Source: Octopus bimaculoides | Lineage: Eukaryota | Assembly (NCBI RefSeq): GCF_001194135.2 | Contig: NC_068997.1 | Coordinates: forward strand, 3,521,669-3,585,668 | Reading direction: 5' to 3' | DNA: 64,000 nucleotides | Shown: piece by piece, positions 15,001 to 30,000 of the stretch | Position numbering within the stretch: position 1 is the first letter of the stretch | Layout of the letters: each line of letters starts with the position of its first letter | Translations under genes and position numbers: made by a program | Notes under the pieces: generated by a model | The model's database searches: none | What the model was told of the DNA's origin: nothing | The model's input: the letters and a program-made list of their open reading frames with translations, nothing else

Positions 15001-18000
15001 ATACTACGGAACAAGCAAGTAGTTCTGGTCCGACAGCAAATACTACAGTAATATCAACAAGTTCTAAACAACCAGCATCAATCCTAACTGGTCTAAATGG
15101 TACTACAACAGAACAAGTTACAATTAATACACTACCTACACAAACTATTCTGCAAACTAAAGATATTACAATATCGACTTTGAGCACAGAAGAGTCAGCA
15201 ACAAATAACGAAGCAATAACAACTAGGAAACGAACAACAGCAGCAACAGAAACACCAATGTCGTCAACAATAAATACAACCCAATCAAAACCAACAACTT
15301 CACAACAGACAACTGCTACAATATCGCTGACAAGCAATGTGCAATCAAATGCAAACACAACACTTGCATCACTAGATACAACAATGACTGCAAAAGAAAT
15401 AACAACCACTAAAGAATCCACAACAGTTTCCTCAGAAACATCGGTAGATGTACCAACGTCCGCAACATTTCCAACAATCAACATGGATAAAACAACAGAA
15501 GACCAGGCATCCATAAACAATACACAGCAAATATCTAGCGGTACTATGTCAACAGCAGTTACACTAGAACCAATAACAGATACTGCACCTCAAACAAGTA
15601 AAACAAGAGAGTTAGGTAAAGCATCGGGTATGACACTACCAGCAACGACAACAACAATAGCAGAACCAATAACATCCGCAACAAAAACAACATACACAAC
15701 AAAAATAATCACAACAGAACCCACAGCACAAACAGAACCAAAAACAACCACAGTTGAATTAACAAGTGCAAGAGAAACTAACACCACAATCCCAACAGAA
15801 CCCACAAAATCCACAAGAGAACTGCCAACAGCATTCACAACAGAACCAGCAACAACAGCTACAGCAGAACCAACAACAGTAACAACAACAACAACAACAA
15901 CCACAACAGAACCAACAACAGCAACAACCACAACAGAACCGACACGAACAACAACAACAACCACATCAGAGCCAACAAAAACAACAACAATAGAAGCAAC
16001 TGTACCAAACATAACAAAACCGACAACAAAAACCACAACAGAACCGACAGCAACATTCACAACAGAACCGACAAGAACGATCGTAACAGAACCAGCGACA
16101 ACAGCAACCACAAGACCAACCACAACAGAACCGACAACAACCACAACTACAATAATCACATCAGGACCAACAACAACAACCACAACAGAAACGACCACAA
16201 AGCTCACAACAGACTCAACAACAATAACAAGAGGACAATCAACAACAAAAACAATAACAGAATCAACAGCAACAGCGACAAAACCAATAATGTTGACAGC
16301 AGAACTAAGCAAAACTTCATCAGAACCAGTAACAAACATAATAGAACCAATAACATCCACCAGAGAACTAACAACCACAGCAATAACAGCTACAACCACA
16401 GCAAATCCAACAATGCCAATCACAACAGAAACAGCAACATCTACAAAACCAACAACAGCATTAAAGGAAGCATCAACCTTCGCAGAAACAATAATACCGA
16501 CCATAACGGAACCAACAGCTACAAAAGAACCAAGAACTGCCCAATCAACATCGAGTGCACATGTGCCAATAACAACCATGATGCTACCCTCGACTATAAC
16601 TCCAGAACCACCATCAACGATAGAAACGTTCACAACTACCGATTCAGGATACACCACAGAACAAACCAGCAGGACTGGTCAGACAGCAAACACAGCATTT
16701 ATTTCAAGAAGCAGTGGACAGCCAGCATCAACAACCATAACTGGTCGAAATGTTACTACAACAGAACAAACTACAATCCATGCATTACCTACACAAACTA
16801 TCCTGCAAACTAAAGACATAACAATATCAACTTTGAGCATAGACGAGTCAGCAACAAATAACGAAGCAAGAACAATAACTAAGGAAGGAGCAACAACGGC
16901 AACAGAAACACCAACACCAACAACAATGAATACAACACAATCAAAACCAATTACTTCACACCAACCGTCTGCTACACTACCAGTGACAAGCACTGTGCAA
17001 TCAAATGCAAACACAACACTAGCATCACTAGATACAACATTAGTCGCGAGGAAAACATCCACTAAACAATCCACAACAGATTCTTCAGATACATCAGCAG
17101 AAGTGCCAGCGTCCACAGCATTTCCAGCAACAACTATAAGACGACCAACAACTACAAAAGATGCGACAACAACCACCTCGGATAAAACAACAGTCAACCA
17201 GCCGTCCACAAACAATACACGCCAAATGTTGAATGGTACAATGTCTACAACAGTTACGCAACAACCGATATCAAATACTACACTGCAAACTACGATGACA
17301 GGAGAATCGGGTAAAACAATTCGTACAAGAACATCAGAAACAACAACAGAACCGACAACAATCACAGCGTCACCAAATACAACTGAACCGGCAGCAACCA
17401 CGCTGGTACTGACAACATCCACACCAGAAACAAATGCAGCAGTAGCTTCAACAACAGATGCAGAAGGAACAAATCATACTACCGAAATAAACGTAAGCAC
17501 AACAGATGCGAAGGCCTCCACCACTGTACCAAAAACAGCGAATAGTACACCTGTAGTAACATCGATCCTACTCACAGCTCTCATGACGAAGATAAAAGGA
17601 ATCACAACAGAACCAACAAACACAACAACTGAAGAAATAACCACAAAGACAACACAAGCAAGAACAGCCACATCTGAATCAACAACTACAACAGAATCAA
17701 ATACAGCAACAGAACCAATAGCAATAACAACAACAACAAAGCCCAAAACAACAACAACAACGACAACAGAATCAAAAACCACAACAACAGAACCAACAAC
17801 AACGGCAACAGCACCACCGACAACAACAACAGAGCCAATAGAAATCACAACTGCGTCAAAGTCAACAACCGAACTAACGACAGCTACAATAAAAACAGAA
17901 CTAATACCAACAACAATAACCGAACGAACAACAACAACCATTACACAACCAATGAAAATTACAACTGAACCTACGTCAACCACAACACAAAGAACAACAA

Positions 18001-21000
18001 GCACAACTGAACCAACAACAACAGCAGTACCAATAACAACATCGCAACTAGTAACAAGCACAACAGAATCAAGAACAATAACAGTTCAGACGTCGACACG
18101 AATAGAACCAATAACCGCCACAACACAACAAGGAACGACCTCAGCAGAACAAGCCACGGCAAAAACTACAGCACTACCAACAACAGCTTCAGCAACAACA
18201 GCTTCAGCAACAACAGCCTCCATAGCACAATTGACAATTGCCTCATTACACACCAAAACTACAAGAGGAATGACTTCAGGAATAGCTCCAAATGCAACCA
18301 TTATGTTGCCAACAACAAACAAAACAGAGTCAATAACATCTTCATCACAAACAACAACAGTCACAAGAGGATTAACATCAGACACAGAATCGACAAGGCC
18401 AACAGCAGTCACAAGAATACAAACAACGCCAACAGCAATACTTGTAGAAAGCACAACTATACCAAGAACAACAACAGAACAAAAGCGATCCACTACAGAA
18501 CCAAAAACAACCACAGCAGAACAATCTACATCAGACATGACAGAAAAAACAACCACGGGAGAAGCAACAAAAGCAATCAAAATAGTACCACCAACAACTA
18601 CTACTGCACAACCAACAACAGCAAGGACTACAGAACGAAAAAGACAACCAACTGCAGCGACTACAGACTCTAAAATATCTACTTCAGAACCAACAACAAA
18701 TACGACAGAATCAGCAATAAAAATAGTATCAACAAAGATAAGGCAAACAACTTTAACACCATCAACATCAACTACAACCACTGTAGTACAGCGGTCTAAT
18801 GGAACCGACAAAGCAGCCACAACAGAAATTCCACTCAGAACTGCAACCATAAGAGAAACAACAACGACGATTACAAATCAAACAGCAAGCAGAGAAGTGC
18901 CAACAGCAGACACTATACACTCCACAACAACCACTGATTTGCCATCAATTCCAACGGCAGGACACAAGACAAAAAGTACACTAACTACAGGGGAGTCAAC
19001 AGCACAGCAAAACACTGCAAACAATACAGTAGATGCAATAACGACAACAACAGTAGAAGCAGACACAGCAACTACAACCGAAAAGGAACGCACAACAGCA
19101 ATCAGGAGAGAACCAACAATAACAACAACAATGATAGACAAGACAGTAACAACAAACGTAACACAACAAGCATCAATACACACAACACAACCAACAGCAA
19201 AAACCACAACACGACTAACAACAACAACAACAGTACCACCAAAAAACATAACAGAACCAACAACAATCACAGGAGAAACAACTTCAATAGCCACAAGAGC
19301 GCCAACAGCAACAACCACAAATATACCAACAAAGAGAAATACAACGGTACCAACAACAAACACAACAGTACTATCAAGAATAATCACAGGTGTGCCTAGA
19401 ACGAACACAACAACAATACCAATGCAAACAACCACAACAACAATCCCTACAGTTCGATCAACGAACAAAGCAGAAACATCAACAACAACAACAGTACCAG
19501 TAGCTGAAACAGAGCGAACAACATCAACAACAATCCCAACAGTACCAGAGACAAAACTTATGACGGAAACAACAAAATTAAGCACGTCGAAAACAGAAAC
19601 AACAACAGAACCGACATCAAACGCAACAGTACCATCAGAAGTACTCACTTCAATGTCGACAACAAACAAAACAGAAGCAACAATGGCAACAGAATCAATC
19701 ACAGCAAACTCGATACCAACAACAAAGCCAAGAGCAACAACAAGACCAAAAACAACAACAAAACCAACAAAAATAGCAACAAAACACGCAACATCCACAA
19801 CAGAACCAACAACGATTACAACAGAACCAAAAACCACAAAAGAACCAACAACTACAACACAAACTACAACCACAACAAAACCAACAACCACAACAGAACC
19901 AATAACCACAACAGAACCAACAACCACAACAGAACCAAAAACCACAACAAAACTGACATTAACTAGCACAGCACAACCAGAAGCAATCACAACAGAACAG
20001 ACAACAATATCAACAAAGCCAATCACAACCACAACAAAACCAACAACAGTAACAACAAAACTAACAACGACCACAACAGAACCAACAATAACAAAACCAA
20101 CAACAACCACAATAGAATCAACAACTACAACAGAACCAGAAGCAACCACAACAAAACCGAGAAGAAGCACAATAGAACCAACAGCAACAACCACTACAGA
20201 ACCAAGAACGACCACAACAGAACCAACAACAACCACTACAGAACCAACAACGACCACAACAGAACCAACAATAACCACAACAGAACTAATAACAAGTAAA
20301 ACGCAACCTAAAACACCCGGCGGAGAACCAAAATCGTCCACAAGAGAAACAACAACCATAGTACAACCGAAATCAACCACTGCGCCAGCGGCAACGACTA
20401 AAGAACAAAGACGAGAACCAACAACAACACTAGAAGCAACAATGACAACAGAACAAGCAGCAACTATGACAAAAGGAAGAACTACAACGCAACCAGCAAC
20501 AACCACAACGGAACCAATAACAACATTAAGAGAATCAATTACAACAGTAGAAACAACAACAACAACACAACCAACAACATCAGCAGAGCAACCACAAGCT
20601 ACAACAGAACTAACAATAACCAAAACACAGCCAACATCAGCTACAACAGAACAAGCGACCAGAACAGCAATAACAGAACCACCATCACCAACATCTGAAA
20701 AAACAGCAATCACAACAAAACCAAAAACACCCACTACAACAACAACAAAAATAGAACCAAGGAACACCACAGCAGAACCAACAACAACCTCAAGAGAACC
20801 AACATCTGTCACAACAGAATCAACAACAACCACTGCTGGACCAACAATGACAAGAGAACCAACAGCACCAGGAATAAGAACAATTATAACAGAACCAACA
20901 ACAACCACAACACAAACAACAACTGCAACAACACTAGCAACAAGCACAATAGAAGCCATAACAATACCTGAACCAAAATCAACAACATCAGAACCGATAA

Positions 21001-24000
21001 CAATGACTATAGCACCATCAACAACAACCACAAGAGAACCGACCACAACAACAACGATAACAGAAGCAACAACAATCACAAGAAAACCAACCACAACAAG
21101 AAGGAAACCATCAATAACAACAACAAAACCAACAATCACAACAGTACCAACAGCAGCTGTAAAAGAACCAACAACAACCATAACAACAGCAGAACCAATC
21201 ACAACAAAACTGACAAGAACCACAGCGGAACCAGCAACAACCACCACAGATTCAGCAGCAACATCACCAGAACCAACAACACAAACAGCAATGGAGCAAG
21301 CAACCATAACAGAACCAAGAAGCACAATTGCATCAACAACAACCACAACAGTACCAACAACATCCACAGAAGAATCACCAACAAGAACTGCAACAGAACC
21401 AAGAAAGGCAACAGACACAGCAACGACGACGATGACAACAACAGAACCAATAATAACACCAAGATCACCAACAGCAACTACAACAACAGAATCAACATCA
21501 GCAGCAGAATCAACAACGACAACGGCAATAGAACTAACAAAATCCACAACAACTGAGCCAACAACAACAGAGACCAAACCAAAGACAACAGAATCAACAA
21601 CAACAGCATCACCAACAAAAACGGCAACTGAACCAATAACGACATCGAAATCAATAATAACCACAGAACAAACAACAGCGACAATAACAGAATCAACAAC
21701 GCAAACCAAATTAGCGACAACAGTCACAGCAAAACCAACTACAACCACAGTAAGATCATCAACAACACCAAAACCACCAATAACAATAGAACCAATAACC
21801 ACAATCATAACAAAACTGGCAACATCAACAACAGAACCAATAAGTACAACAACAACGAAACCAACAATTACAGCAACAGAACCTACAATAGCAACAACAA
21901 ACACGACAGAACCAGCGACACCCACAACAGTACTAAGAACCAAACCTGAACCAAAAACAAATGCAACAGCAACAACAACAATACCAACCACAGTGGGAGC
22001 ACCAACAGCAAGAGCAACACAACCAACACCGACTCCAACAGAGTCCACAACAGTCTCTGCAGAATCAAAAACAACCACACCCACAACAGGACTACCATTT
22101 ACAACCACGACAGAACTATCAACAACTGTCCCAACTACATCTACTACAGCAGTACCAGTAACAGCCTACACAGAACCATCAATAGCAACTACGCTGACAC
22201 CAACAACAAAAAACACAACAACTGCAAGAACTACACCAGCCAAAACAGAACCACCAACAGTAGCGACGACTCTGCCAATAACAACTACATCAACAGAAAC
22301 AGAAACAACACCACCTACAACAGAACTAACAAGAACCACAACTCTACCAACTTCTACAACCACAGCAGTTCCCACAATAACATCGACCACAGAATCAACA
22401 ATAACCACATCGATGCAATCTATCGCCGCGACAGAAACAGTACCAATAACAATCACAGGAAAGTCAACTGAAACCACATTGCTACATACAATAATAACCT
22501 CAACGAAATCTTCGGGAACAGACACAACAGTATCAACAGCAACAAGAACAACAGAAAAAACATCAACCACGTTACCACCAAAAACGTCAGGCACTATAGA
22601 AAATACGACACTGATAACAGATAGAGATACAAAGACCACAACAGTTCCAGCAAGCACAACTATAGCAACTACAACATCCACATTTGAACCAATAACAACA
22701 ACCAAAAATGTGCCAGTTACAAGAACCACTGCGAGAACCAACACAATTCCATCAACAGGCGCTGCAGAACAAGCATCGAGTACAGCAAGACCCAGAACAA
22801 CAACTAGACAAACAATGCCTATAACAAACAAAACTACTACAACAGTACCGACAACCTCAACAGCTGTACCAACAACAGCAACAATTGTACACACGACAAC
22901 AACCACAGCAATACCAGAAACAACATCTCCAGCATTATCACGAACAAGAACATCAATTGAATCAACAACCACTAGCAAAGCAGAACCAACAATAACCGCA
23001 GCTGAATCAAAACCGCCAATCAGAAGAGAAACAAATGCAACAATCACAGCAACAGCAACAGCAACAGCAACAGCCACTAAGTTTCCAATAACAAATAAAT
23101 CAATATCGGAAATACAAACCACAACAGAACTGGGAACAAGGACCACAACAGAACCAACAACCACAGCAATACCGACTACAAACACAACAGAACATACAAC
23201 GACTACAACGGTAACAACACCAACAACAAAAACCATGCCGACTACAACAAGCAAAACAGTTCCAGCAACCACATCCGCCAAAGTACCAACTGTAACAAGT
23301 ACAGCAGAAGCAACAATGTCGACAACAGTACCTACAACAACAACGGCATCGGAATCGACAACAACATCGCCAATAACAATTTTAACAGAACAAACTATAA
23401 CAACTATAATAGAACAAACATCAACTTCTGAAACAGTACCAACGACGACAACCAAAACGAAACCATTAACAACTACATCACAACCAACAACATCCACAAC
23501 AGAACCAATTACAACGGGACGAACAACAAATACAACTGAACCAATTACATCCGCAACAGAAACAACAACAGCTACAAAATTACCAAGAAAAACGCCAGCA
23601 GAAGCAACAATAATTACAACAGAACGAACAGCAACAACCACGACAGTGCCAACAACAATATCAACAGCCGAAGCGAAACCACCAACAATAGAATCGACAA
23701 CCACAGTATCATCTTTAACTGCCCCAACAGAAGCAACCACAGTAGTACCAACAACAAATGCAACAGAACCAACAACAACAAAATTGCCAATAAAAAGCAC
23801 AACAGATGTGCCAGTTATCACAACTGCATCACTGACAGGTATCACAAATGTACCATCAACAGCAATCACAACAGAACCAATAACTACCACAATAATTCCA
23901 GCCACAAAAACCACTACAATACTAGCAAATACGACGACAGAAGGAACAATCACAACAGGACCAAAAGCAACAACAAAAATCACAGCAGAGCGAGCAACAA

Positions 24001-27000
24001 ACACAACAGATCAAATGACAACGATACTGGAGCCTAAAACAATCACAACAGTACCCACAACGACAACTAGAATACCATCAACAAGCACAACATTACCAAT
24101 AGCAACAACCCCAGTATCAATACCAGAAACGACAACAACAATACCAACAACAAACACAACGAAACCTACAAGTACGATCACAACAGAAACAGCAACAACA
24201 AGAATAGTCCTGCAAACTGCCACAGCAGAAACAACAATGGAACATACAGAACCAACAACATACACTACAGTACCAACAACAACTACATCAGAAAAAACAA
24301 CCGAAACAGAGCCAACAACAACAACAAACAAATCAACAACCACGGCAAAGAAACCAACAACTACAACAGAACCTGCAACCAAAACAGAACCAACAACCAC
24401 AACAGAACCAACAACCACAACAACAATAAAACCAACAACTACAATAAAGCCTACAACACCCACAGCAGAACCAACAGTCACAACACAAACAAGCACCACA
24501 ACAAAACCAACGACTGTAACAGAACCAACACCCATAACAGAGCCAACAACCGTATCAAAACAAACAACTACAAGAATGCCAACGACTTCATTTGAACCAA
24601 CAACAACAACCACATCAGAACCAATGACCGCACCGAAAACTACAACCACAAGGAAACCAACGATCACTGCAAAACCAACTGCTAGAACTGAAACAACTCC
24701 AATAGAAACAACAGCTACTACAAAACCAACTACAACTAAGCGATCAACAACCACCACAAGACCAATAACTACAAAAGAACCAACATTCATGACAGAGCCA
24801 AAAACAGCCCCAACAGAAGCAACAACCACTACACGACCAACAATTATGACAAAACAAACAACCACAACGAAACCAAAATTGACAACAGAGCAAAGAACCA
24901 CAGCAGAAACATCAACAACCACGATAGAAACAGCAACCCAAACACAACAAACAGCAACCACACCAAAGCCAACAACAACAACAACAGAACCATCAGTTAC
25001 AACACAACCAACAACGACCATAAAGGAACCAACAGCCACAACCGAACCAACAACAACCTCTACAGAATCAACAACTACAACAAAACAAACCACCATACTA
25101 GAACCAACAAGAAGCACAACAGAACCAAGAAGCACAACAGAACCAAGAAGCACAACAGAACCAAGAAGCACAACAGAACCAAGAAGCACAACAGAACCAA
25201 GAAGCACTGAAAAATTAACAACTGCAACGGAACCAACAACTACAACGGAAACAGCAACTATAACAAAAGCAGCAACAAAAGAAGCAACAACCAAAACACA
25301 ACCAACAACAATCACAACAGAAAAGATTTTAATAACAAAACAAACAAAAACCACAACAGTGCCAACAACCACAACGATTCCAACGACAACAATGGAACAA
25401 ATAACAAACACAACAGAGTCAAGATCAACAATGAAACAAACACCTACATCAGAGTCAACAACAACGGAACCAAAGACATCCACAGAACCAGCAATTACAA
25501 CAGAGCCAACAGCCATAGCAGAGCCAACAACCTCAACAGAACCGATAACAACAACAAAACCAACAACCACTACAGAAACAACAACAACAACAACAACGAC
25601 TACAGAACCAGTAACCACAATACAGCCAACAACCACAATAGGGCCAACAACTAAAACAAAAACAAAAATAGCAACAAGACCAAGAACCACTACAGAGCCA
25701 ACATTTGCAACAGAACCAACAACAACCATAACAGAACCAATAGCAACCAGAACAGGAAGAACAGCCACAACAAATCCAAAAGCCACAAAACCAACAACAT
25801 TAAGAGGACAAACAACCACTCCGAAACCAACAACCATAACAAAACTAAGATCAACTACGACAGAGCAAATATCTACAAGAGAACCCACAATGATAAAACA
25901 ATCAACAACAATACCAAAACCAAAAAGTACAACAGAACCAATAACAGCTAAAACAGAACAAACACCCACAAACGAACCAATGACAATAGCAAAACCAGCT
26001 GCAACAGAACCAACAACTACAACGGAGCCCACAACAGCACCAAAACTAACAACCACACCAAAGCCACAAACTACAACAGAGCCAACAACTACATCAAAAC
26101 CAACAACCATCTCAACAGAACTAACAACCAGAAGAAAAATAACAACAACCACAATAGTCCCAACATCAGCAACAATAGAACCAACCACCATGACCGACCC
26201 AATAAGCACCGCGGCTGAGCCAACAGCCACAACAACTAAACCAACACATGCAATGGTACCAAGAGTCACCACAGAACCAAGAACCACCACCAAACCAACA
26301 GCTATAACTGAACAAACACGAGAAGAAACGAAAGAAACCACACCCGAACAAAAGACTACAAGGAAACCAATAACAGCCACAACAGAATCAACAACAAACA
26401 CTACTGAACCAGCAAGGATAACAAAAAAAACAACAAAGAAGACAACAGAATCAACAACCACGTCAAAGCCAGGATCCACAACAATGCCAGCAACTAAGAC
26501 AAAGCCAACAACCAATACAGAAACCATAAAAACTACAGAATCAACGACAACCAACTCTCAATCAACAACCAAAACAGCGCCAACAATCACTTCAGAAACA
26601 ACCATCACAACTGAACAAAACACTTCTACAAAACCGATAACGGATATAACAAAACGAACTACAGCTACAGAACTGACGAGCACAAAAAAGCCAAGAACCA
26701 TTAAAGAATCCAGAACCACAACAGAACCAACAACCACAACAGAACAAACAACCACAACAGCACAAACAGCCACAGAAGGAGACGCAACCACAAGAAAACC
26801 AACAACCACTACAGAGCCATTGACCACAACAGAACCAACGACCACAACAGCACAAACAGCCACAGGAGAAGACACAACCGCAAGAAAACCAACAACCACA
26901 AGAGAACCAACAACCACAACAGCACAAACAGCCACAGAAGAAGACACAACCACAAGAAAGCCAACAACCACTACAGAGCCATTAACCGCAACAGAACCAA

Positions 27001-30000
27001 CAACCACAACAGAACCAACAAGCACAACAGCACAAACAGCCACAGAAGAAGACACAACCACAAGAAAACCAACAACCACTACAGAGCCATTAACCACAAC
27101 AGAACCAACAACCACAACAGAACCAACAACCACAACAGCACAAACAGCCACAGAAGCAGACGCAACCACAGGAAAACCAACAACAACTACAGAGCCATTA
27201 ACCACAACAGAACCAACAACNNNNNNNNNNNNNNNNNNNNNNNNNNNNNNNNNNNNNNNNNNNNNNNNNNNNNNNNNNNNNNNNNNNNNNNNNNNNNNNN
27301 NNNNNNNNNNNNNNNNNNNNCAACCACAACAGAATCAACAACCACAACAGAACCAACAACCACAACAGAATCAGCGATTACAACTGAAGCAACAACTATA
27401 ACAGAACCAACAACCACAATCATATCTACAATTGCATCAAAATCAACAACCACAACAAAACCAGCAGCCACGACAGTACCAACAACCACAACGCAACGAA
27501 TAACTACAATAGAACTAACAACGGAGCCAGCGTCAGTAACTACTGCGGTAACAACATACGCCACGGCCTTACCAACAACACACTCAAAACAACCAAATGA
27601 AACAATGCATCCTATATTAACAAGCAGAACTGTTCTCATAGCTGCGACATCTTCGGTACCAACAACAACCACAACAGAAGCAGCATCAAACACATCCTCA
27701 AAACTAAGGACGACAAAAACCACTTCTACTCCACCCATGAGAACCACGCTGCCAACAACCACATCACTACCATCAAAAAACATAACTGTACAAATATCAA
27801 CTAACAGAACAGAAGTAAGACATATCACAACTGACACAACAAAAAGCACTGCAGATTTAACAAACACAACACCACAAAGTACAACGACTAAACAGACTGC
27901 AATATCAAACACAACATCGGCAACAATAATTGCAACACATCCATCAACATCCTCCACCGAACTAGCAATAGCTGATACTAAAATTGTGCCAACAACGACA
28001 ACCACTGCTAGACTAACAAACATAAGCACGACTGGAATAATATTTTCCACAAGGTCTGCAACATCAGCACGATCAAAAATGCTGCCAACTGCCCTTGATT
28101 CTACGCCAACAACAACAAAGCAGACCGCAAAAACCTCAACTGTACCAAAATCAACAATGAGGCTGGATACATTAGCACCAACAACAACAGCTGCAACCAC
28201 TACAATTATATCAACAACGGGAACAATGCCATTAAGAAAACTAAAATCACAAACAACAATATCAACAGTGACAGCAAAACCCACAGCAAATCTAGTGACA
28301 AGAAAGCCCACAATAGTACCAACAATATCAATTCGGACAACAGTACCAGCGACAATAAAAACCACAAAGGTACCAACCACAAAAACGAGACCCACAACAG
28401 TACCAACAACACCAACAACCATTACAACTGTACCAAAAACAGCAAAATTCACAACAGTACCAACAACAACAAATCCGACAACAGTACCAGCGACAATAAA
28501 AACCACAAAGGTACCAACCACAAAAACGAGACCCACAACAGTACCAACAACACCAACAACCACTATAACTGTACCAAAAACAGCGAAATTCACAACAGTA
28601 CCAACAACAACAAATCCGACAACAGTACCAGCGACAATAAAAACCACAAAGGTACCAACCACAAAAACAAGACCCACAACAGTACAAACAACAACAAATC
28701 CGACAACAGTACCAGCGACAATAAAAACCACAAAGGTACCAACCACAAAAACGAGACCCACAACAGTACCAACAACACCAACAACCACTACAACTGTATC
28801 AAAAACAGCAAAATTCACAACAGTACCAACAACAACAAATCCGACAACAGTACCAGCGACAATAAAAANNNNNNNNNNCCACAACAGTACAAACAACAAC
28901 AAATCCGACAACAGTACCAGCGACAATAAAAACCACAAAGGTGCCAACCACAAAGACGAGACCCACAACAGTACCAATAACACCAACAACCACTACAACT
29001 GTACCAAAAACAGCAAAATTCACAACAGTACAAACAACAACAAATCCGACAACAGTACCAGCGACAATAAAAACCACAAAGGTACCAACCACAAAAACGA
29101 GACCCACAACAGTACCAACAACACCAACAACCACTACAACTGTACCAAAAACAGCGAAATTCACAACAGTACCAACAACAACAAATCCGACAACAGTACC
29201 AGCGACAATAAAAACCACAAAGTNNNNNNNNNNNNNNNNNNNNNNNNNNNNNNNNNNNNNNNNNNNNNNNNNNNNNNNNNNNNNNNNNNNNNNNNNNNNN
29301 NNNNNNNNNNNNNNNNNNNNNNNNNNNNNNNNNNNNNNNNNNNNNNNNNNNNNNNNNNNNNNNNNNNNNNNNNNNNNNNNNNNNNNNNNNNNNNNNNNNN
29401 NNNNNNNNNNNNNNNNNNNNNNNNNNNNNNNNNNNNNNNNNNNNNNNNNNNNNNNNNNNNNNNNNNNNNNNNNNNNNNNNNNNNNNNNNNNNNNNNNNNN
29501 NNNNNNNNNNNNNNNNNNNNNNNNNNNNNNNNNNNNNNNNNNNNNNNNNNNNNNNNNNNNNNNNNNNNNNNNNNNNNNNNNNNNNNNNCAAAAACAGCAA
29601 AATTCACAACAGTACCAACAACAACAAATCCGACAACAGTACCAGCGACAATAAAAACCACAAAGGTACCAACCACAAAAACGAGACCCACAACAGTACC
29701 AACAACACCAACAACCACTACAACTGTACCAAAAACAGCGAAATTCACAACAGTACCAACAACAACAAATCCGACAACAGTACCAGCGACAATAAAAACC
29801 ACAAAGTTACCAACCACAAAAACGAGACCCACAACAGTACCAACAACGTCAACAGCCACTACAACTGTATCAAACGCAGCAAAATTCACAACAGTACCAA
29901 CAACAACAAATCCGACAACAGTACCAACAACAACAAATCCGACAACAGTACCAGCGACAATAAAAACCACAATGGTACCAACCACAAAAACGAGACCCAC

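Noticed and set aside
5149-22161. Short + strand Gln/His/Asn-rich ORFs (5149, 7225, 11269, 21961)
   Set aside because: Off-frame readings of ACA/ACC repeats.
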